DNA of 64,000 nucleotides from an uncultured delta proteobacterium (GTDB lineage Bacteria; Desulfobacterota; RBG-13-43-22): NCBI GenBank assembly GCA_963743305.1, contig CAVUPH010000017.1, positions 75,073 to 139,072 of the forward strand, read 5' to 3'. Shown piece by piece: positions 60,184 to 64,000 of this stretch (position 1 is its first letter; each line of letters starts with the position of its first letter). The notes under the pieces were generated by a model. It saw only the letters and a program-made list of their open reading frames with translations, ran no database searches and was not told where the DNA came from. The position numbers and the translations under genes were made by a program.

Positions 60184-61089
60184 ATGTCCGAACCATCTTT
60201 TTCATTTAAGGAATTGCGCGAAGCCGACCAAGTCAGTTTGGGCGATCCCGCGTCGCTTATTGCCAGCGATGGGGTCAGGCTGGCCTATCGGTACTATGCT
60301 CCGGCCTCACCGCGCGCGGCGGTTCTGTTCTATCATGGCGGTGGCGCGCACAGCGGGGCAGGTTATCAGTATATCGGAAACGGCCTGCAAACCCAGTTCG
60401 ACACCCTGGTCTTCACGCCCGATATGCGAGGGCACGGAGCCTCGGAAGGACCGCGTGGCGATGCACCCAGCCCCCGGCAGGTCTGGGAAGACATCACCAC
60501 CTTCGTGAAACACATTCGCGCCGAATATCCTCACCTGCCCCTGTACCTCGGAGGCCATTCATCAGGCGCAGGGGTAACGCTCAACTATGCCGGCCAACCA
60601 GACCACGAACCGGTCGACGGATACCTGTTCCTTTCACCCCAACTCGGATTTCGGGCTCAGACTGACCGCCCGTCCCTGGCAGCGCCCTTTGCCAAAGTCG
60701 ATACCTCGGCTTTTGTAGCCCACGCCATGAGCGGCGGCAGGTCGCAGGGCCATGACTATGCGGTCCAATTCAACTATCCCGCCGACATTTTGGCTAACGA
60801 TTCCGGCTTGGTGGCGGCCATCACGGTCAACCTGGCCGTGGCCCTCACTCCTTCCGCACCCCGCGACCAATTTGCGATCCTCGATCGTCCCTTCGGTTTG
60901 TGGATTGGCTCAGAAGACGAGTTGTTTCTGCCGGAAAGAGTACTAGCCTTCGCCGATCTGGCCGTATCCGTTCGAGCCGATTCTGAGGTAAGCCGCATTC
61001 CCGGCGGAAAACATCTCTCGGTTCTGGTGAGGGCCCACGAAACAATTGGCCTCTGGATTGCAAATCGGCTTCAGGGAAAAAAGGTCTGA
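60184..61089 (+). CDS. Alpha/beta hydrolase (lysophospholipase-like)
   Basis: YHGGG, DMRGHGAS, GHSSG nucleophile elbow, plus Asp and His candidates. Confidence 0.9.
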   Translation: MSEPSFSFKELREADQVSLGDPASLIASDGVRLAYRYYAPASPRAAVLFYHGGGAHSGAGYQYIGNGLQTQFDTLVFTPDMRGHGASEGPRGDAPSPRQVWEDITTFVKHIRAEYPHLPLYLGGHSSGAGVTLNYAGQPDHEPVDGYLFLSPQLGFRAQTDRPSLAAPFAKVDTSAFVAHAMSGGRSQGHDYAVQFNYPADILANDSGLVAAITVNLAVALTPSAPRDQFAILDRPFGLWIGSEDELFLPERVLAFADLAVSVRADSEVSRIPGGKHLSVLVRAHETIGLWIANRLQGKKV

Positions 61090-61115
61090 AAGCCAACAGG
61101 ACATGAGGATTAAAC

Positions 61116-61457
61116 ATGGATGACTTTCCCGAATTCATGAAGACCGTTGAGAATTCCATAGATCCCGAGTCGCAGTCGAGGGGGCTGGAAGGCTGGGTCT
61201 ACGACGGAGTGGACGGCAAGCAGATGGCCTATTGGAAATGCAACGTCGCTGGAACCTCCAAGGTGCACACGCACGACTACGACGAATACTTTGTGGTGGT
61301 TCAGGGAAGCTACACCCTGATCTTGGGGGCGCAAAAAATACCCGTCCGGGCGGGTGAAGAATATTTTATACCCAAAGGATTGGCCCACGGGGGTGAGTTT
61401 GTTGCCGGGACTCGAACCATCCATTGCTTTGGTGGGAAGAGAGCCAGTCGGGCCTAA
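61116..61457 (+). CDS. Cupin domain protein
   Basis: HTHDYDEY..IPKGLAHG. Confidence 0.88.
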   Translation: MDDFPEFMKTVENSIDPESQSRGLEGWVYDGVDGKQMAYWKCNVAGTSKVHTHDYDEYFVVVQGSYTLILGAQKIPVRAGEEYFIPKGLAHGGEFVAGTRTIHCFGGKRASRA

Positions 61458-61508
61458 TCGTGGCCTGTAGCGGGCCTTGGTAAAAGGGGGTTATTCCGCT
61501 TGAGGCGT

Positions 61509-62321
61509 ATGTTGGTGAAGATGAGACACCTTTTGGCCATTGCCGTGATCATCATCGGGGCACCCTTCGCCTACGGCCAGACTCTTCCCATTCCTGAAAG
61601 CCTGGTCAACAGCGCTTTTGCCGGTCGCCGGGGAGCCTTCGTCCTCATCGACTGCTCATCCGGAGCAATCAGCGCATTCCGTCCGGAGGCTTCATCGGAG
61701 AAACTGGCCCCTTGCTCGACCTTTAAGATCTGGAACACCCTGATAGGCCTAGAGATTGGAATACTATCCATTGCGGAAGGAGCCTTTTACCTATGGGACG
61801 GAGAAATCCGGCCTATCCCTGAATGGAATCGGAACCTCACCCTGAAAGAAGCCTTCCGGGCCTCCTGCGTGCCGGCGTTTCAGAATCTGGCTCGGCAGAT
61901 TGGACCCCGCAGAATGCAATCGTGGATCAACCAAATCGACTATGGAGACGGCGATCTATCCGCCGGAATCGATGTCTTCTGGCTCCCCGCTGCGGGTAGA
62001 AAGATGATTCTGATTTCGCCAAAAGAGCAGGCAGAGCTAATAGGCAAGCTGGTCTCCCGCAAACTTCCCTTTTCCGCGAAATCCCTGGCAGCGCTCAAAG
62101 ATATTATGCTTATTAAGCGGACGGACCACGGCGTCCTTTATGGAAAGACCGGGTCGGGCGCTGACGATTATGGAACATATGCCCTGGGATGGTTTGTTGG
62201 CAATGTGGAAAGCCAGGGCCGGACCTATGCCTTCGCCTGCGCAGCCAAGGGAAACAACGTCATGGGCAAGGACGCTCGCACCATCGTTGAGAAAGTTCTC
62301 GAAGGGCAAGGGCTTTTGTAG
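61509..62321 (+). CDS. Class D (OXA-like) beta-lactamase family protein
   Basis: Signal peptide; STFK, SCV, YGD, FWL, KTG and GWFVG. Confidence 0.85.
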   Translation: MLVKMRHLLAIAVIIIGAPFAYGQTLPIPESLVNSAFAGRRGAFVLIDCSSGAISAFRPEASSEKLAPCSTFKIWNTLIGLEIGILSIAEGAFYLWDGEIRPIPEWNRNLTLKEAFRASCVPAFQNLARQIGPRRMQSWINQIDYGDGDLSAGIDVFWLPAAGRKMILISPKEQAELIGKLVSRKLPFSAKSLAALKDIMLIKRTDHGVLYGKTGSGADDYGTYALGWFVGNVESQGRTYAFACAAKGNNVMGKDARTIVEKVLEGQGLL

Positions 62322-62330
62322 AAAAGCCAT

Positions 62331-62381
62331 GTTGAACAAGCCGTCGCTGGCGACGGCTTAGAACAGCGCGAGAACCGTTGA
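62331..62381 (+). other. Degenerate attC-like site
   Basis: GTTGAAC-AAGCCGTCG-CTGG-CGACGGCTT...CCGTTG just after the beta-lactamase stop. Confidence 0.4.
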
Positions 62382-62440
62382 TCCCTCACGATGAAATGGT
62401 CAAAAGGCTAAAGAGAGATGGCCGTTTATATGGAAGGGCA

Positions 62441-63852
62441 TCAGAAATCCAGCGGGCTTTTGGCCTCTTTCACCGTTCGGCTGGGTATGCAGTGGGTATA
62501 GATCATGGTGGTCCTCACATCGCTGTGGCCGAGTAGGGTCTGGATTGTCCGGATATCATAATTGGCCCGCAAAAGATGAGTGGCAAAACTGTGGCGGAAG
62601 GTGTGGGAGGTGACGCGCTTGGTGAGTTTGGCCCGGCGAACGGCCTCGTAAAGGGCCTCTGGACATGCGTCTCGTGCAGATGATAGCGCCGCAGTTCCGG
62701 GGCCGCCGAAACCCGGGTGAGGGATTTTTGAGGGAAGAACCACTGCCAGATAAAATCCTTGGCCGCCGAAGGATACTTCTTTTCCAGCCGGTCGTCGAGG
62801 AAGACGCCGGAAAATCTTGCCTCGAGATCCTGGTCATGAGTGGCCTTGACCATCTCAACTTGGGAGTGCAACTCCGGCATTATCGTCTCCGGTAGAGGAA
62901 CCGTGCGATCCTTTTTCCCTTTTCCGTGGACGGTGAGTATGCCGACTTCGAAGTTAAAATCCTTGACGCGCAGTTGCAGGCATTCAAACAACCGGAGTCC
63001 GCAACCGTAAAGCAATTTCACCACTAAATCATAAGGATAGGAGAGATGTTTCAGTATAGACTCGATCTCCTTCCGGGAAAGGACGATCGGGATATATTTG
63101 GATTGCTTCGCCCGGGGAACGTCCTTTACATCTCCGAAATCCTGGTTGAGGGCATTTCGAAATAGAAAGAGAAGGGCATTGAAGGCTTGATTCTGCGTGG
63201 AAGCCGAGACCCGGGCTTGAACAGCGAGATAGGTCAGGTATTCCTTAACATCTTTCGTTGACAGAGATTTCGGGGGTTTGTTCTTTAAAAAACGCTGAAA
63301 CTGGCGCGACCAATGGGCGTACGTTTTAAGCGTTTTTCTGGAGTAATGCCGGGTTTTGATCTCCGCTGCCAGATCGGCGATGGCGGCATCCCATTCCGGA
63401 GAGGAAGATTTAATGGCATAACCGTCCTCCCACAGACGCCAAGGAGGCCGCTGAGCCGCCACAGAAAGCGAAGTGGTTTTTGGCGGAGCGGATTGGGTAA
63501 AGGAGGGAGCGCTTTCCCGGACCTGCGGTGGTTCCGGGATGGATGGTATTTTAGCGTGGGAATGGATATTTGCAACCGGGGTATGGCCCTTACGCTGTAT
63601 TTCAAAGTATAGGGATAGGGCGTGGGCGGCCTGTTTTTGCTGAGCCGGGGTCTGCTTTTTTTTCTGTAGCTTATCAACGAACAGGCGGACCTGTTCAGAC
63701 CGAGCCGTCGGGACTGGATATTTGTTCCGAAAATCCAGGAAGTACCTGAGCCATTTTTTATAGTCCGCCCGTTGGTTCGGCGCAACCAGCCGTTTTTCGA
63801 GAATGGCTTCAAATCTTGCAAGAATGGGGGCCGGAATAGGCAGCATCGGCAT
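62441..63852 (-). CDS. intI: Integron integrase, long form; 1-bp indel at ~62663
   Basis: [27 protein letters not shown], IntI-specific insert [31 protein letters not shown] and [14 protein letters not shown]. Confidence 0.92.
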
Positions 63853-64000
63853 TGAGCATAAACCTTCTATAAACGGTAATTCGTTATTGAACAACTTAGG
63901 TTAAATAATAATATCAGCTAGATTTGTCAATAAGTTTTTATTCGTTCATTGACAATCTAATAAATTCCTGATATTGAACAGAAACTAATCAATATATTGT

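Noticed and set aside
63870-64000. LexA box or exact attI site
   Set aside because: No motif can be assigned confidently and the window ends before any cassette.
1-64000. tRNA (including tRNA-Sec), rRNA, prophage or autonomous IS
   Set aside because: No cloverleaf, rRNA-like segment, phage structural gene or transposase ORF was recognised by eye.

Overview
This is a GC-rich bacterial window, most consistent with an anaerobic Desulfobacterota (deltaproteobacterium); that assignment is inferred from gene content. From left to right it holds: the end of a xanthine-dehydrogenase-family Mo-enzyme operon with MFS/GNAT/anti-sigma genes; a ~17 kb defence island (VapBC, type I R-M with nested YhcG and ATPase+DUF4276 genes, MNT/HEPN remnant, ATPase-Toprim, AEP primase-helicase, AbiE-type pair); the mercury-methylation genes hgcA-hgcB; a Pat-type acetyltransferase; an RdhA-like protein; a secreted RHS/YD-repeat locus; a mainly metabolic and housekeeping block; and an integron integrase with decayed cassette-like genes, including a class D beta-lactamase. 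The most notable observations are: (1) the RHS gene split in the ORF track is one reading frame interrupted only by an in-frame TGA followed by a SECIS-like hairpin, making it a candidate selenocysteine-containing RHS protein; (2) hgcA has an unannotated N-terminal Cys-Sec extension with a matching hairpin; (3) a ~330 bp multicopy element shows compensatory base changes; (4) a 19-codon copy of the HsdM C-terminus appears to preserve translational coupling to hsdS. About 15 or more single-base frameshifts in unrelated genes suggest long-read indel errors rather than real pseudogenes. No rRNA, tRNA or CRISPR array was seen.
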